This document shows positions 26,398 through 36,638 of a stretch of DNA of 45,772 nt, piece by piece (position 1 is the stretch's first letter; each line of letters starts with the position of its first letter). The notes below the pieces were generated by a model. That model was not told the origin of the DNA. It saw nothing but the letters and a program-made list of their open reading frames with translations, and ran no database searches. Source of the DNA: Verrucomicrobiota bacterium. Lineage in GTDB: Bacteria > Verrucomicrobiota > Lentisphaeria > Lentisphaerales > Lentisphaeraceae. The stretch spans positions 1 through 45,772 of the forward strand of contig JBDKFG010000038.1 in NCBI GenBank assembly GCA_039798785.1, written 5' to 3'. Position numbers and translations under genes: made by a program.

Positions 26398-28019
26398 CAC
26401 TTCTTCTCCGTTTCCAGTTGTTTGGCCTGCTGGCGCAGGAGGGTGCCGGCGAGGGCGTCGAGGGCGCCCCCGTTCTGGCCGCCGACCATCACCTGCGGGG
26501 TGATCTGGATCTTGCCTTCGGAAACCAGCTTGAGCATCTCGAGCTGGGCGACCGAGTCCTTGCCGAGGGTCTCGACCATGGATCGATAGGCGGCGGCGCG
26601 GCCTTCGCCGGTGATCCGCTGGTAGTTCGCCTCACCTTCGGCGGTGGCGGCGCGGGCGAGGGCTTCCTGCTTCTGCACCAGCACCGCGTAGCTCGCCTTG
26701 GCGAGATTGCGCTGCTGCTCGGCTTCTTCCTGCGCCTTGACGAAGTTGGCTCGCGAAACCTCGGCCTTCTGCTGCTCGGCGAAAAGCACCTGCTGGTTCA
26801 CCGCCACTTCCCGGTCGGTCTGGGTGGCGAGCAGCTTCTTGCCCGATTCGGTGGCGTCGAGGTGGATGTTGCCGACATAGACGCCGTCGCAAGTGAGGTG
26901 GAACTTCTTCAGCTCGGCGGTGATCATCGCGTTGGCCACCTTCTCGATCTCGCTGCGCTTGTTGACGAACTCCAGTGCGGTCTTCTGCTCGGCGACGTTG
27001 CGGAAGACGGCGCGAACCGTCGGCAAGACCACCTTGGCCTCGAGCACCTCCAGCTGTTCGTCTTCTTGTTCGTCCTTCTTCAAGGCGTCGGGATCGCCTA
27101 GCAGGGCGACCAGATAGGGAGCTTCTTTTGATTCGATGGCGCAAGCGACACGCACGTCGACCGGGAAGGAGAAGCCGTCTTTCGACCGGACGCTGATCGA
27201 CCAGTCGCCGTTCTGGCCTTCGGGCTGGCGGTTGCGGTTGTCGCGGCTGACCGCCTGTTGGTAGACGTAGACCCGCTGCGAAGTCTTCACTGTGGTCACC
27301 TGGAAGGCGCGGGTGTTGATGAAGTATTGGCCGGGGGCCTTGGCCTGGCGGTAGATGCCGCACTGGCCTTCGTCGACCAGCGGCGTGCCGTTGACCAGGG
27401 TGACGCCTTCCGCTTTGGGGTCGACCGGTTTGCCGGTGTTGGCTTTGATGACGGCGACGGTGCCGGCCGCGACGGTGCTGACGTCGAGCAGCTCGATCAG
27501 GTGCAGGCGCGGGTTGTAGCGGTAGCTGCCGGGGCTGAGGACGGTGAGCTGGCCGCCCTTCTGGCCGCCTTCGGCGAGGAAGCGCTCGGGGGTGAGCATG
27601 GCGGTGGTGTCGTCCCACTTGCGGGCGTAGGTCTCGCCGGCGGGCAGCGGAGCGCCATCGCGGGCGGTGACGAAGCCGAGCTTGCCGGCGGGAACCTGGA
27701 AGACCGGCTGGCGCTCGACTTCGTAGAGGAAGGGCCAGTAGCCGAAGTGCCAGCCCGGGCCGAGGATGCGCGCTTGCGGACCTTGTTCGCCGTCCTGGGC
27801 GAGGATGGCGCCGGGTTTCATCGTCTTGCCGAAGTGGCGGATCACCACCCCGATCTCGTCGGCGGCGACGGTCACCGAGGAGCCGATCAGGAAGCCGATC
27901 AGGAAGAGGAGGGGGCTGAGGACGAAAAGCGCCATCCGCGCGAGTTTCGGCAGCGGCCCGAGGACCGCATAGGTCAGGGCGGCGAGGGCAAAGAGGCTGA
28001 AGAGGATCAAGGCGGCCAT
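26397..28019 (-). CDS. SPFH/band-7 (flotillin-like) membrane protein
   Basis: Two N-terminal TM helices; repeated G.QA.ILGPG.H / G.QL.VLSPG.Y..NP / PGQYFIN modules; ISVRSKDGF.FPVDV; C-terminal coiled coil and I.ITPQVMVG. Confidence 0.88.
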   Translation of the reverse strand: MAALILFSLFALAALTYAVLGPLPKLARMALFVLSPLLFLIGFLIGSSVTVAADEIGVVIRHFGKTMKPGAILAQDGEQGPQARILGPGWHFGYWPFLYEVERQPVFQVPAGKLGFVTARDGAPLPAGETYARKWDDTTAMLTPERFLAEGGQKGGQLTVLSPGSYRYNPRLHLIELLDVSTVAAGTVAVIKANTGKPVDPKAEGVTLVNGTPLVDEGQCGIYRQAKAPGQYFINTRAFQVTTVKTSQRVYVYQQAVSRDNRNRQPEGQNGDWSISVRSKDGFSFPVDVRVACAIESKEAPYLVALLGDPDALKKDEQEDEQLEVLEAKVVLPTVRAVFRNVAEQKTALEFVNKRSEIEKVANAMITAELKKFHLTCDGVYVGNIHLDATESGKKLLATQTDREVAVNQQVLFAEQQKAEVSRANFVKAQEEAEQQRNLAKASYAVLVQKQEALARAATAEGEANYQRITGEGRAAAYRSMVETLGKDSVAQLEMLKLVSEGKIQITPQVMVGGQNGGALDALAGTLLRQQAKQLETEKK

Positions 28020-28238
28020 GCGAACTCCTGGGTTCTTTTTTTAAGGACTGAGTCCATTATACGTTCTGAGAGGCATCAGATACAAGTCTTGAGTGCAGCA
28101 AATCTCGCATGTCTCGGCTCTTGACGGGGTGTACGTATGCTGCCGATGTGTGCCGATGTCAGTGCTCCTTGCGGCAGCCGCAAGCTGAGCTAGTGTGAGC
28201 GGTTTTCATCTCAATCGCATCTCAAGGAAGCCGCCGCC

Positions 28239-30056
28239 ATGGAAGAGAATTCGCAGCTGTACCGCATCCGCCACTCGATGGCCCACGTCCTCGCCCAGGC
28301 CGTCAAACAGATCTTCCCCAAGGCGAGACTGGGCTTCGGCCCGCCGATCGACACCGGCTTCTACTACGACTTCGACTTCGAAGGCTGCGACTTCACCGAG
28401 GACAAGCTCAAGGACATCGAGAAGGCGATGCGCCGCATCATCAACGTCGGCCAGAGCTTCGTTCGCTCCGAGACCGACGCCGAAGGCGCCTGCGCCCGCC
28501 TCGCCGCCCTCGGCGAAGCCGACTACAAGATCCAGAACGTCCGCAACCTCGCCGGCCGCGGCGTCACCTGCTTCTCCTTCTACGGCAACGAGGCCGAGGG
28601 CAAGGGCGAGGTCTTCGCCGACCTCTGCGAAGGCCCGCACGTCGCCAGCACCAAGGAGCTGCCCGCCGACGCCTTCAAGCTCGACCGCGTCGCCGGCGCC
28701 TACTGGCTCGGCAACGAGAAGAACAAGCAGCTCACCCGCATCTACGCCCTCTGCTTCGAGACCAGCGCCGAGCTCAAGGGCTACCTCGAGCGCCGCCAGA
28801 AGGCCGAGCAATACGACCACAAGAAGCTCGGCAAGGAGCTCGACATCTTCACCTTCGACGAGCTGGTCGGCAAGGGCCTGCCCCTCTGGCTGCCCAACGG
28901 CACCATCATCCGCGACGAGATCGAGCGCTTCGCCAAGGAGATGGAGTTCAAGTACGGCTACAAGCGCGTCGCCACGCCGCACATCGCCAAGGAGGACCTC
29001 TACCGCACATCCGGCCACCTGCCCCACTACGCCGACTCGATGTTCCCGCCGATGGTCTGCAAGGACGGCGACAGCGAGACCAAGTTCTACCTCAAGGCGA
29101 TGAACTGCCCGCACCACCACCTCATCTTCAAGTCGCGCCCCCGTTCCTACCGCGACCTGCCGCTCCGCCTCGCCGAGTACGGCACCTGCTACCGCTACGA
29201 ACAGTCCGGCGAACTCAACGGTCTGCTCCGCGTCCGCTGCATGACCATGAACGACGCCCACCTCTACCTCGCCGAAAGCCAGTTCGAGGACGAGTTCCGC
29301 CGCACCATCGCGATGTACAACGAGTTCTACAAGGTTTTCCGCCTCAAGGACTACAAGTTCCGCCTCTCGGTCCGCGATCCGGAGAACCCCAAGTTCGTCG
29401 GCGCCCCCGAAACCTGGGACCGCGCCGAAGGCCTGCTCGCCAAGGTCCTCGACGAAGCCAAGATCCCGTACTACATCGGCAAGGGGGAAGCCGCCTTCTA
29501 CGGCCCCAAGATCGACATCCAGTTCAAGAACCTGATGGGCCGCGAAGAGACGGTGTCGACCATCCAGGTCGACTTCCAGGCCGGGGTCAAGTTCGGCCTC
29601 AGCTACGTCGACTCGGACAACACCGAGAAGGTGCCGGTGGTGATGCACCGCGCCCCGCTCTCCACCCACGAGCGCTTCATCAGCTTCCTGCTCGAGTACT
29701 ACGGCGGCGCCCTGCCGCTCTGGTGCGCCCCGCTGCAGGTCGTCTTCCTGCCGGTCACCGACGCCCACGCGCCCTACTGCGAAGAGCTCGCCGAAGCCAT
29801 GAAGGCCGAGATGATGCGCGTCGAGGTCGACGACTCCGCCAACTCCTTCGGCAAGAAGATCCGCACCCACACCATGCGCAAGATCCCGGTGCAGGTGATC
29901 GTCGGCGACAAGGAAGTCGCGGACGGCAGCGTCACCCTGCGCCGCTACGGCCAGGAGGAGCAGCTCACCGTCGCCAAGGACGAGTTCCTCGCCACCCTGC
30001 GCGGCGAGATCAAGAGCCGCCAGATGGACCGCGAGCCGATGGGTTCGATCATCTGA
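28239..30056 (+). CDS. thrS: Threonine--tRNA ligase (lacking the N-terminal TGS domain)
   Basis: RHSMAHVLAQAV, GFYYDF, DLCEGPHV, AGAYW, DHKKLGKEL, MNCPHH, YRYEQSG.L.GL.RVR, GEAAFYGPKID, MHRA....ERF. Confidence 0.98.
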   Translation: MEENSQLYRIRHSMAHVLAQAVKQIFPKARLGFGPPIDTGFYYDFDFEGCDFTEDKLKDIEKAMRRIINVGQSFVRSETDAEGACARLAALGEADYKIQNVRNLAGRGVTCFSFYGNEAEGKGEVFADLCEGPHVASTKELPADAFKLDRVAGAYWLGNEKNKQLTRIYALCFETSAELKGYLERRQKAEQYDHKKLGKELDIFTFDELVGKGLPLWLPNGTIIRDEIERFAKEMEFKYGYKRVATPHIAKEDLYRTSGHLPHYADSMFPPMVCKDGDSETKFYLKAMNCPHHHLIFKSRPRSYRDLPLRLAEYGTCYRYEQSGELNGLLRVRCMTMNDAHLYLAESQFEDEFRRTIAMYNEFYKVFRLKDYKFRLSVRDPENPKFVGAPETWDRAEGLLAKVLDEAKIPYYIGKGEAAFYGPKIDIQFKNLMGREETVSTIQVDFQAGVKFGLSYVDSDNTEKVPVVMHRAPLSTHERFISFLLEYYGGALPLWCAPLQVVFLPVTDAHAPYCEELAEAMKAEMMRVEVDDSANSFGKKIRTHTMRKIPVQVIVGDKEVADGSVTLRRYGQEEQLTVAKDEFLATLRGEIKSRQMDREPMGSII

Positions 30057-30079
30057 TTCGGGCGCGATTCCCGGAAGAT

Positions 30080-30116
30080 TTCACCACGAGGAGACGCTCT
30101 TGTCCCTCGTGGTGAA
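30080..30116. repeat. Short inverted-repeat element / hairpin after thrS
   Basis: ttcaccacgagg (30080-30091) ... cctcgtggtgaa (30105-30116), perfect 12-bp arms with ends like those of the 12763-12868 element. Confidence 0.8.
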
Positions 30117-30434
30117 TTCGTTTCCGGCTCTTGCCCTCATGGCTCGCGGATGAGCCGCCGCCAGGGATTGGGGATCTGTTTTGCTGAAGCGGATTTTGGA
30201 GGATGAGGAGACGGGGATCTGAATCAGAGGCGGATTTTTCGGCCTGGATCACTCGAAGGAACGGGATTGCTCTCCGACTTGCCATCTGCCGTGTTGTCAC
30301 GTGTTGTGGCATGTCCCCTGCGTGACACTGCTCAGTTTCGGGATAGCGCACGAAGCTGACCGATTGCTCGAGGATGGGATGGCGCGAAACGCGACAGGAA
30401 GCAGATGAAACCTTATTTAAGGGGGGCTGAGGTA

Positions 30435-32444
30435 ATGAAAATCAGCATGAAAGTCAAGATCCTGGGTGGTTTCACTGTGTCCTTGTCGGCTGCCGTCGTC
30501 ATTGGCTGGCTTGGCATTCAGGCCAATCGTTCGACGGCTCAGATCACGGAGAGCGTCGGAGCCAAGGCAGCTCGCATTGGGCAAGTGGGGGAGAACCTGG
30601 GTAAGCGGTCGATGTTGACTGCTGCGATAGTGTCCGAGATCAAGGTGTTGATTCAAAAAATCCAATCTGAAACGGTCGCAGAAATCAGTGATAAGCTAGA
30701 CCTGTCGAAGGAAATAAATGATGATCTTAATAAGGTGGAGGGTTTGACGAAGATATTGCTTGAAGGGGGTGAATATCAGCTTGGCTCCATGAAGCTGAAA
30801 GCGGTGAAGACTGACTCTCCCGAACTTCTCAAGGAATTGGAGAAGTTTCAGCAGGGTTTTGTGCGGTTCAAGGAGATTATTCTTGGTCGTTTAGCACAAG
30901 GTGGAGGGCTTGAGGGCGAGACCGGTTCAGCTGCGGATGGATTGTTTGATAAATCTTATGATCAGATCATTGAGCAACTGATTTTGCTTGAGGCGAACGA
31001 AGGTCTTAGCGGCGCGGTGCTGCGGAAGTTGTCGCAGGCGAAATATCTGGCGGCGAATGGGCATCTTTATTTTGAAGAATACATGTCGGGCGATGACTCG
31101 ATGAATCCGGCAGAGATTTTAAACAGCAATTTCCGTCGGGCGATGGAGTTGATGAATGACATGCCGGGGGTGCCGGATAAAGATCTGGCGGCAGTCCGGG
31201 GCAATTTAAAGGATTTGATCACAGCCGCAGAGATCCGGGATCGGGATGCTGGCTTGGCCCGGGATCGGGAAAGGCAAAAGGCTGAGGTGTCACGCCGTTT
31301 GACGGCGGAATTGGTTGCGTCGATCGATTCTCTCAGCAGGGCGAGCAACGAGGAAGTGGCCCAAAGCTTGAACATGATGGTGGCCAGCCGCCGCGATTGC
31401 GATGCGGAGGTGCAGAAATCTCGCAAGGCTGTCGCCGACAATGAGACTCAGGAGATCCTGGTGATTGTTTGCTGTGCCTTGGCGGCGCTGGGATTGGGGG
31501 TGTGGATGAGTTTCTGGATCACTCGTCAGATCCGGATGGCTTCGGCAGGATTGCGAAGGATCGCCGAAGGGAAAATCAACACTCATGTGGCGGTGTCGAG
31601 CCGAGATGAAATCGGGGACATGGCGGCAGACATCAACGCCATGGCGAGCTCGCTGAGCGGCACAGTGAATGAGATCAAGCACACAGCCGACACCACTTCG
31701 GTCAGTTCCGAGGAGCTTGCCGCCAGCGCCCAGAACATTGCCAGCGGGGCCCAGACTCAGGCGCAGCTTTTCAGCGAGCTTCGCACAGGGGTCGCCGATC
31801 TGAGCCGCTCGATCCAGGAATCTTCAGGGGCGGCCGACGAGGCGACGCGTCTGGCGGAGCTTGCCACGGCGGCAGCGGCAGCGGGTCAAGAGACCGTTGC
31901 CAATTCCATCCGGGCTATGGATCGGATTGCTGACAGTTCCGATCAGATGACGAAGATTATCAAGACCATCAGCCAGATCGCAAGCCAGACCAATCTTTTG
32001 GCTTTGAACGCGGCGATCGAGGCAGCTTCTGCTGGTGAACATGGACTTGGCTTCGCCGTCGTCGCTGATGAGGTCAGGAAATTGGCAGAGCGCAGCAGCG
32101 CGGCGGCGAATGAAATCGGCGACTTGATCCACTTGAGCGCTCAGAGAGTGGGGGAGGGGACCCGGCATTCGCAAGCTGTGAATGACGCTTTGCGAGAGAT
32201 TGTGGAAGGGATTGAGCGGACCCGTCTGGAGATGGGCCGGATCGCCAAGGTCAGCCAACTGCAGTCGCAAGTTGTCGGCACGCTGCGGGAATCGGTTGAA
32301 AAGGCGGGGGCTGTCACGCAAGGGAATTCGGCTGCGGCTGAGGAAATGGCTGCCAGTGCGGAAGAGCTCTCGGCCCAGGCTCAGCGTCTGCAATCGATCA
32401 TCAGCCAATTCCGGCTGGAGCCGGAAACTCAGGTCAGGTGCTGA
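30435..32444 (+). CDS. Methyl-accepting chemotaxis protein
   Basis: Two TM segments around a ~300-aa periplasmic region; HAMP ([12 protein letters not shown]); signalling tip [39 protein letters not shown]; alternative start at 30405. Confidence 0.95.
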   Translation: MKISMKVKILGGFTVSLSAAVVIGWLGIQANRSTAQITESVGAKAARIGQVGENLGKRSMLTAAIVSEIKVLIQKIQSETVAEISDKLDLSKEINDDLNKVEGLTKILLEGGEYQLGSMKLKAVKTDSPELLKELEKFQQGFVRFKEIILGRLAQGGGLEGETGSAADGLFDKSYDQIIEQLILLEANEGLSGAVLRKLSQAKYLAANGHLYFEEYMSGDDSMNPAEILNSNFRRAMELMNDMPGVPDKDLAAVRGNLKDLITAAEIRDRDAGLARDRERQKAEVSRRLTAELVASIDSLSRASNEEVAQSLNMMVASRRDCDAEVQKSRKAVADNETQEILVIVCCALAALGLGVWMSFWITRQIRMASAGLRRIAEGKINTHVAVSSRDEIGDMAADINAMASSLSGTVNEIKHTADTTSVSSEELAASAQNIASGAQTQAQLFSELRTGVADLSRSIQESSGAADEATRLAELATAAAAAGQETVANSIRAMDRIADSSDQMTKIIKTISQIASQTNLLALNAAIEAASAGEHGLGFAVVADEVRKLAERSSAAANEIGDLIHLSAQRVGEGTRHSQAVNDALREIVEGIERTRLEMGRIAKVSQLQSQVVGTLRESVEKAGAVTQGNSAAAEEMAASAEELSAQAQRLQSIISQFRLEPETQVRC

Positions 32445-33825
32445 AGATCCGCAGGGCGCCGATATGGGCCTGGCGCAGCAGGGCGACTTCCGCGGCGAGG
32501 GCTTGGCTGAGGCTGCTTTCACTGGCTTCGGGATCGCCGGCGAGCCAGAGCTCATGTTCGGCGCTGGCGTCGCCCCAGCTTTGCGGTGAATCGGGGCTGA
32601 GGTAGGCGAGGGTATCGGAGAAGGGGCCGGCGGGGAGAGGGAGGGCGGCACCGCGTCTGAGGATTTCGGAGAGGGCTAGGACTTTGCCTTCCTGGTCGAG
32701 GAGGGCGTCGACTTCTTCCATCAGCAGGTCGTGGCGCGAGGTGAGTTCATGAAGGGCGCGCCGTTCGCCGGGCGAGGCGACGAGGATTTGCATCTGAGGC
32801 TGGCGTTCGAGCTGGCGGAAGAGGAAGACGAGGAGTCTTTGCAGTGCGGACTTTTCGCTTTCAGGATTGCGGCAAGGGACGACTTCGCAGCGTCCGTTGC
32901 TAAGCAGGATGGCGAGGCCGGCGAGGCCGAGGCGTGAAGCTGAGGGGGGCAGGTGGAGATAGATCAGGGGGGCGTTTTCAGGGGGCAGGGCGACTTGGCG
33001 GCCGGGGCGCAAGAGCGGCCGTTTTTCGATCAGGGAGCGGGCCTGGAGGCGCCAGCTGAGGACAAGGGCGGGATCGGCGAGGCTGGCGAGGGCCTGGGGC
33101 TCGCCGTCGACGAGATCCTGCAGCGAGCGGATGCCGAGAATGGAGAGGGCGGCTGCGGCGCTGCTTTTCAAGCCGCTGATCTGCGACAGATGGCCGCTTC
33201 CCCTTCGTTCGTCCTGGCAGCGCTGGGCGTAGCGGCAGGAGCCGCAAAAGGGGGTCCAGAAGGGCTCGGTGGGAGCCGGGGCCTGGAGGTATTGGCGCAT
33301 CTGGCCGAGGATTTCCTGGTGGTAGGCCTGGGCGACTTCGGGCGGATAGTCCTTTTCCCTGTCGCCGAGGCCGTGGCGCAGGCTGATGCGGCTTGGCGGC
33401 TGGCCGGTGATCTGGCGCAGCAGAAGGGCGTAATGCTGCACTTGCAGGAGGTGTTCCGGGCGTGGTTCGGCGGCGAGCTTGGCTTCAGTGAGGGTCCATG
33501 AGCCGTCGGGCTGTCGGATGAGGAAGTCGGCCTGGCCGGCGAGGTCGCCGGAGAGCAGGCGGGCTTGATGGATGGCGGGGGCTCCGGCTTCGAGGGCTTC
33601 TTGGGTGAGTCGACGCTGTTCTTCCTCGGGGAGATCGGTGTCGATGAGGACGCTTCCCGGGGGCAGCTCCTTCTGGATTTCCGTCTCGAATCGGAGGCCT
33701 GCGGCACGCAGTCTCTGGGCGCGAGGGGAGGCGGGGAGGGCTTGATCCGGACAGCCGCGGGACCGAAGCCAGGCGCTGTGCCGGCATTCGCTGAAATGCA
33801 GGAGATCCTTGGGGTGGATGAGCAT
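32434..33825 (-). CDS. TM0106-family RecB/Cas4-like nuclease
   Basis: I.P.DL..F.EC.H..WL; G..FE; T..AL..GA..I.QA.L; PD-(D/E)xK core GQADFL...TEAKLA; RecB-type LQVQHY; CGSC.....C; HhH-like LSQISGL....L..LGI.SL.DL. Confidence 0.82.
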   Translation of the reverse strand: MLIHPKDLLHFSECRHSAWLRSRGCPDQALPASPRAQRLRAAGLRFETEIQKELPPGSVLIDTDLPEEEQRRLTQEALEAGAPAIHQARLLSGDLAGQADFLIRQPDGSWTLTEAKLAAEPRPEHLLQVQHYALLLRQITGQPPSRISLRHGLGDREKDYPPEVAQAYHQEILGQMRQYLQAPAPTEPFWTPFCGSCRYAQRCQDERRGSGHLSQISGLKSSAAAALSILGIRSLQDLVDGEPQALASLADPALVLSWRLQARSLIEKRPLLRPGRQVALPPENAPLIYLHLPPSASRLGLAGLAILLSNGRCEVVPCRNPESEKSALQRLLVFLFRQLERQPQMQILVASPGERRALHELTSRHDLLMEEVDALLDQEGKVLALSEILRRGAALPLPAGPFSDTLAYLSPDSPQSWGDASAEHELWLAGDPEASESSLSQALAAEVALLRQAHIGALRIFST

Positions 33826-33828
33826 GAG

Positions 33829-33880
33829 GAATTAAGAATTAAGAATTAAGAGTGGGCTACGTGTCCCAGTTGTGTCCCAG
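33829..33880. repeat. Short tandem repeats in the intergenic gap: (gaattaa)x3 and gtgtcccag x2
   Basis: gaattaagaattaagaattaa at 33829-33849; gtgtcccag at 33861 and 33872. Confidence 0.8.
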
Positions 33881-33883
33881 CTG

Positions 33884-36577
33884 TCACGAGCTGGCGATCC
33901 AGACTTGGCAGAGGCGGGAGCCGAAGAGGAGGGGAGTGGCTTGAGCGGCCTCTGTCTGGAGTTGACGGCGCACCTCGGTGGTGCGCAGGCCGAGAAACTG
34001 GCAGGGGCCGATGAACTGCTGCCATCGGACGCCGAGGCGTCCGATGACTTCCTTGGAGGCGAAGGTCTTGGGTACGGGGAGGAGGATCTTGCGGCCGGCG
34101 GGGTTGCGGTAGTCGCCGGCGAGGAGGTAGTTCTGCCCCCCCGGGGTAGCGAAGATCTCTTCGCAGGCGGAGATCAGGTCGCGGCGGAATTCACGGTCGT
34201 CGCAGGAGATAAAGAGGCGCAGGCTGCCGTGTCGGCGGGGCAGGATGCGAGATTTCACCAGGTCGTTGCGCCAAGGGATGCGGCTGTTGTCGCAGAGGGC
34301 GGCGGCGAGGGTCTGGACGACGTGGCCGATGAATTGCGCCAGGCTGGCGTAGCTGGGCGGGGTGTTGGGCGGGCTTCCTGCGGGGCGGGGCAGTTCATGG
34401 CGGAATGAGGACTCCAGTTCCGGGACGAAGGAGATCTCCACCACCCGGCTGAGCTTAGGGTCTTGAATGCCCAGGGCCATCCAGGCGGCGGCGCCTTCCT
34501 GGCGCTGCGAAGCACTCCAGGCGGAGAGGGTGTTGACGTCGCGGGCGGTGGCGGGATCGGGGCAGATTTCAGCTTTGAGGTTGCTGCAGAGGTGGGTGAT
34601 CCCCTCTTCGAAAAGACCATCCTCGGCGAGGTGGAAGGATTCCGTCTTGCGACGGTTTAGGCGCAGATAGGGTTCCATGCCCTGGGGGACATCGGGAGTG
34701 CTGCAGATGACGTCCCAGAGATTGGCGAGGGGCGTGGGCAGGCCGCTTCGCGGGTCGGCGGCGCGCATCTGCAGGCGGTGCCAGAAGAGGTGGCCATCGC
34801 CGGAGCAGAGGTTGACGACCGTGTTGACGGCGAGGGGGTCCCAGGAGGAGCCGAGGAGTTCGCGGGTGCCGATCAGGCAAGAGGAGACGCGGTGCAGAAG
34901 GACTTTGCGGATGCAGTGGTGCAGCACGTCATTGCCGGCTGCGGGACCGCTGAGCGTGAGGCGTGCCCAGCCGTCCTGTTCGTGGATGCCGAGATTGACC
35001 GAGCTGCCCCAGGGCGCCAGTTCCGAGCCCAGTTCAGTGGCCAGGAGGTTCAGGAATCGCGCGTCGCAGTAGATCGACATGCCGAGGATGGCGATCGGGT
35101 TGAGCTGCAGAGTGACAGGGTGTCCTCGCAGGCTTGAGAAGACGCTTCGCAGGCTGCAGGGGGCGAAGGATTCGGCGGGGACCTGCTGATAGATTCCGGC
35201 GTTGGCGGAGCCGGCGGCGGAGTCGCAGACGACGAGGGCGCTGAAGGTGTCGCCTAGGTGCGACCAGTCCTTTTCGAGGATCTGGCAGACGGCTCTTTCC
35301 CGGCTGCGTGAGCGGTCGAGGAGGTTGGGTACGGGGGAGGCGCCTTTGGTGACGCCGCTCTCGGTGAGGACGCAGCCGATGGCGGCGAGCTTGGTGATGG
35401 CCTCGCGGGCGGCATGGTGGTCGGCTTCGCGGCTGCTGCAGAGGAGTTGCCGGAAGATGTAGTCCCGGATGAAGACGAAGCTGCCTTCGATGCCGTTGTC
35501 TGGGATCTTCTCGAGCAGGAAGTCGAAAGTCTTGGGGATGGTCTCGCCCTGGCTGCGGTAGAACTGCAGCAGCGACTCGGTGAAAGCGCGGCGGCGCCCC
35601 CAGTTTCCGGGTATGTCGTGTTCGATGTTGCCCAGTTCGTTGCGGGCGAAGGAGTCGAGGGTGATCGAGACGGAGGGGCCGTTGAGCAGCATCAGAGCTT
35701 CGTGCCATTCGGCGAGGGCGCCTTTCATCACCATGATCTCGTCGGGGTCGGGTTCGCAAAGCCAGGCGAGTTCGCGCCAGGGGCGGAGGGCGCCGGCGCT
35801 GACGAGGGCGGGGGTTTTCATCTCCAGGGCCTGGCCTGGGAAGAGTCGCTTGCGCTGATCCCAGAGCCGACGCTCGCCCTCGGCGTCGCCGCGGTGGGAG
35901 GGGAGGGCGAGGGTGAAAGGGTTCCCCAGCTCGGCGAGAATGATCTCCAGCACTTGGCCCCAGAGCAGGCCGGCGCGGTGCCAGGCGTCGGCGATGACGA
36001 TGCCGGTGCCGTTCTCCTTGAGCTTGTGAAGGCAGAGGCCGAAAAGCGGCGAGTACCATTCGGGGCCGAAGGCGGGAGCGCCGTTCTCGGGTTGGAAATG
36101 CGCTTCGAGGCTGCGGAGATAAGTGTCGATGCCTTGGATCGGCTCGCTCACCAGGCTTTGTGCAGCGGCGCTGATCGCGTCGAGATCTCCGAGGTTGCCG
36201 ACGCCGGCGCCCTCGCGGGAGACCAGGGCGATTTCCGCGGCGCGAAGGTTGGCGGCTTCCTGGCGTTGGGCCTGGGTGGCGCAGTAGACGTTGGCCAGGT
36301 CTCCATAGCGCAGGACGGAGATCTGCTGGTTCTCACCTCTGGCGTGGAAGGGGGCGCAGGCCCCTTGCAGGTCACGCACCCATTCCTGCAGGCGGATGTC
36401 GTCGGGCACGAGGATGAGGGCGGGACAGCCTACCTGGGCGATGACGTCGCCCACCGACTGGCGCAGCAGGGGGGTTGCCGGAGCGACAAACTGCAGACGG
36501 GGATGGATCCTCCAGGAATCGGTGATTCGCGAAGACATCAAATCCCGGATTTGTCTCTTGGCTTCCTGTCGGTCCAC
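33884..36577 (-). CDS. SF2 (ResIII/DEAD-DEAH-like) helicase homologue with degenerate catalytic motifs
   Basis: Scaffold retained (PALILVP...LQEW, TPALV.AG.L.PW.EL, CLIGTRELLG..WD...VN.VVNL, ANLWDV.C), but Walker A reads VAPATPLLR and Walker B reads IADAWHR; start GTG 36577 (AAGGGG upstream) or 36607. Confidence 0.72.
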   Translation of the reverse strand: MDRQEAKRQIRDLMSSRITDSWRIHPRLQFVAPATPLLRQSVGDVIAQVGCPALILVPDDIRLQEWVRDLQGACAPFHARGENQQISVLRYGDLANVYCATQAQRQEAANLRAAEIALVSREGAGVGNLGDLDAISAAAQSLVSEPIQGIDTYLRSLEAHFQPENGAPAFGPEWYSPLFGLCLHKLKENGTGIVIADAWHRAGLLWGQVLEIILAELGNPFTLALPSHRGDAEGERRLWDQRKRLFPGQALEMKTPALVSAGALRPWRELAWLCEPDPDEIMVMKGALAEWHEALMLLNGPSVSITLDSFARNELGNIEHDIPGNWGRRRAFTESLLQFYRSQGETIPKTFDFLLEKIPDNGIEGSFVFIRDYIFRQLLCSSREADHHAAREAITKLAAIGCVLTESGVTKGASPVPNLLDRSRSRERAVCQILEKDWSHLGDTFSALVVCDSAAGSANAGIYQQVPAESFAPCSLRSVFSSLRGHPVTLQLNPIAILGMSIYCDARFLNLLATELGSELAPWGSSVNLGIHEQDGWARLTLSGPAAGNDVLHHCIRKVLLHRVSSCLIGTRELLGSSWDPLAVNTVVNLCSGDGHLFWHRLQMRAADPRSGLPTPLANLWDVICSTPDVPQGMEPYLRLNRRKTESFHLAEDGLFEEGITHLCSNLKAEICPDPATARDVNTLSAWSASQRQEGAAAWMALGIQDPKLSRVVEISFVPELESSFRHELPRPAGSPPNTPPSYASLAQFIGHVVQTLAAALCDNSRIPWRNDLVKSRILPRRHGSLRLFISCDDREFRRDLISACEEIFATPGGQNYLLAGDYRNPAGRKILLPVPKTFASKEVIGRLGVRWQQFIGPCQFLGLRTTEVRRQLQTEAAQATPLLFGSRLCQVWIASS

Positions 36578-36638
36578 AAACGATCCCCTTCTTGACTGCT
36601 TTAACACTAACTCACTGCGGCTGATTGTCGCCCGGCTT

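Noticed and set aside
28206..29870. 554-aa antisense ORF to thrS (likewise 39555-40907 antisense to gdhA and 36763-38352 antisense to the FHA gene)
   Set aside because: Antisense shadows of well-supported genes with no motifs of their own
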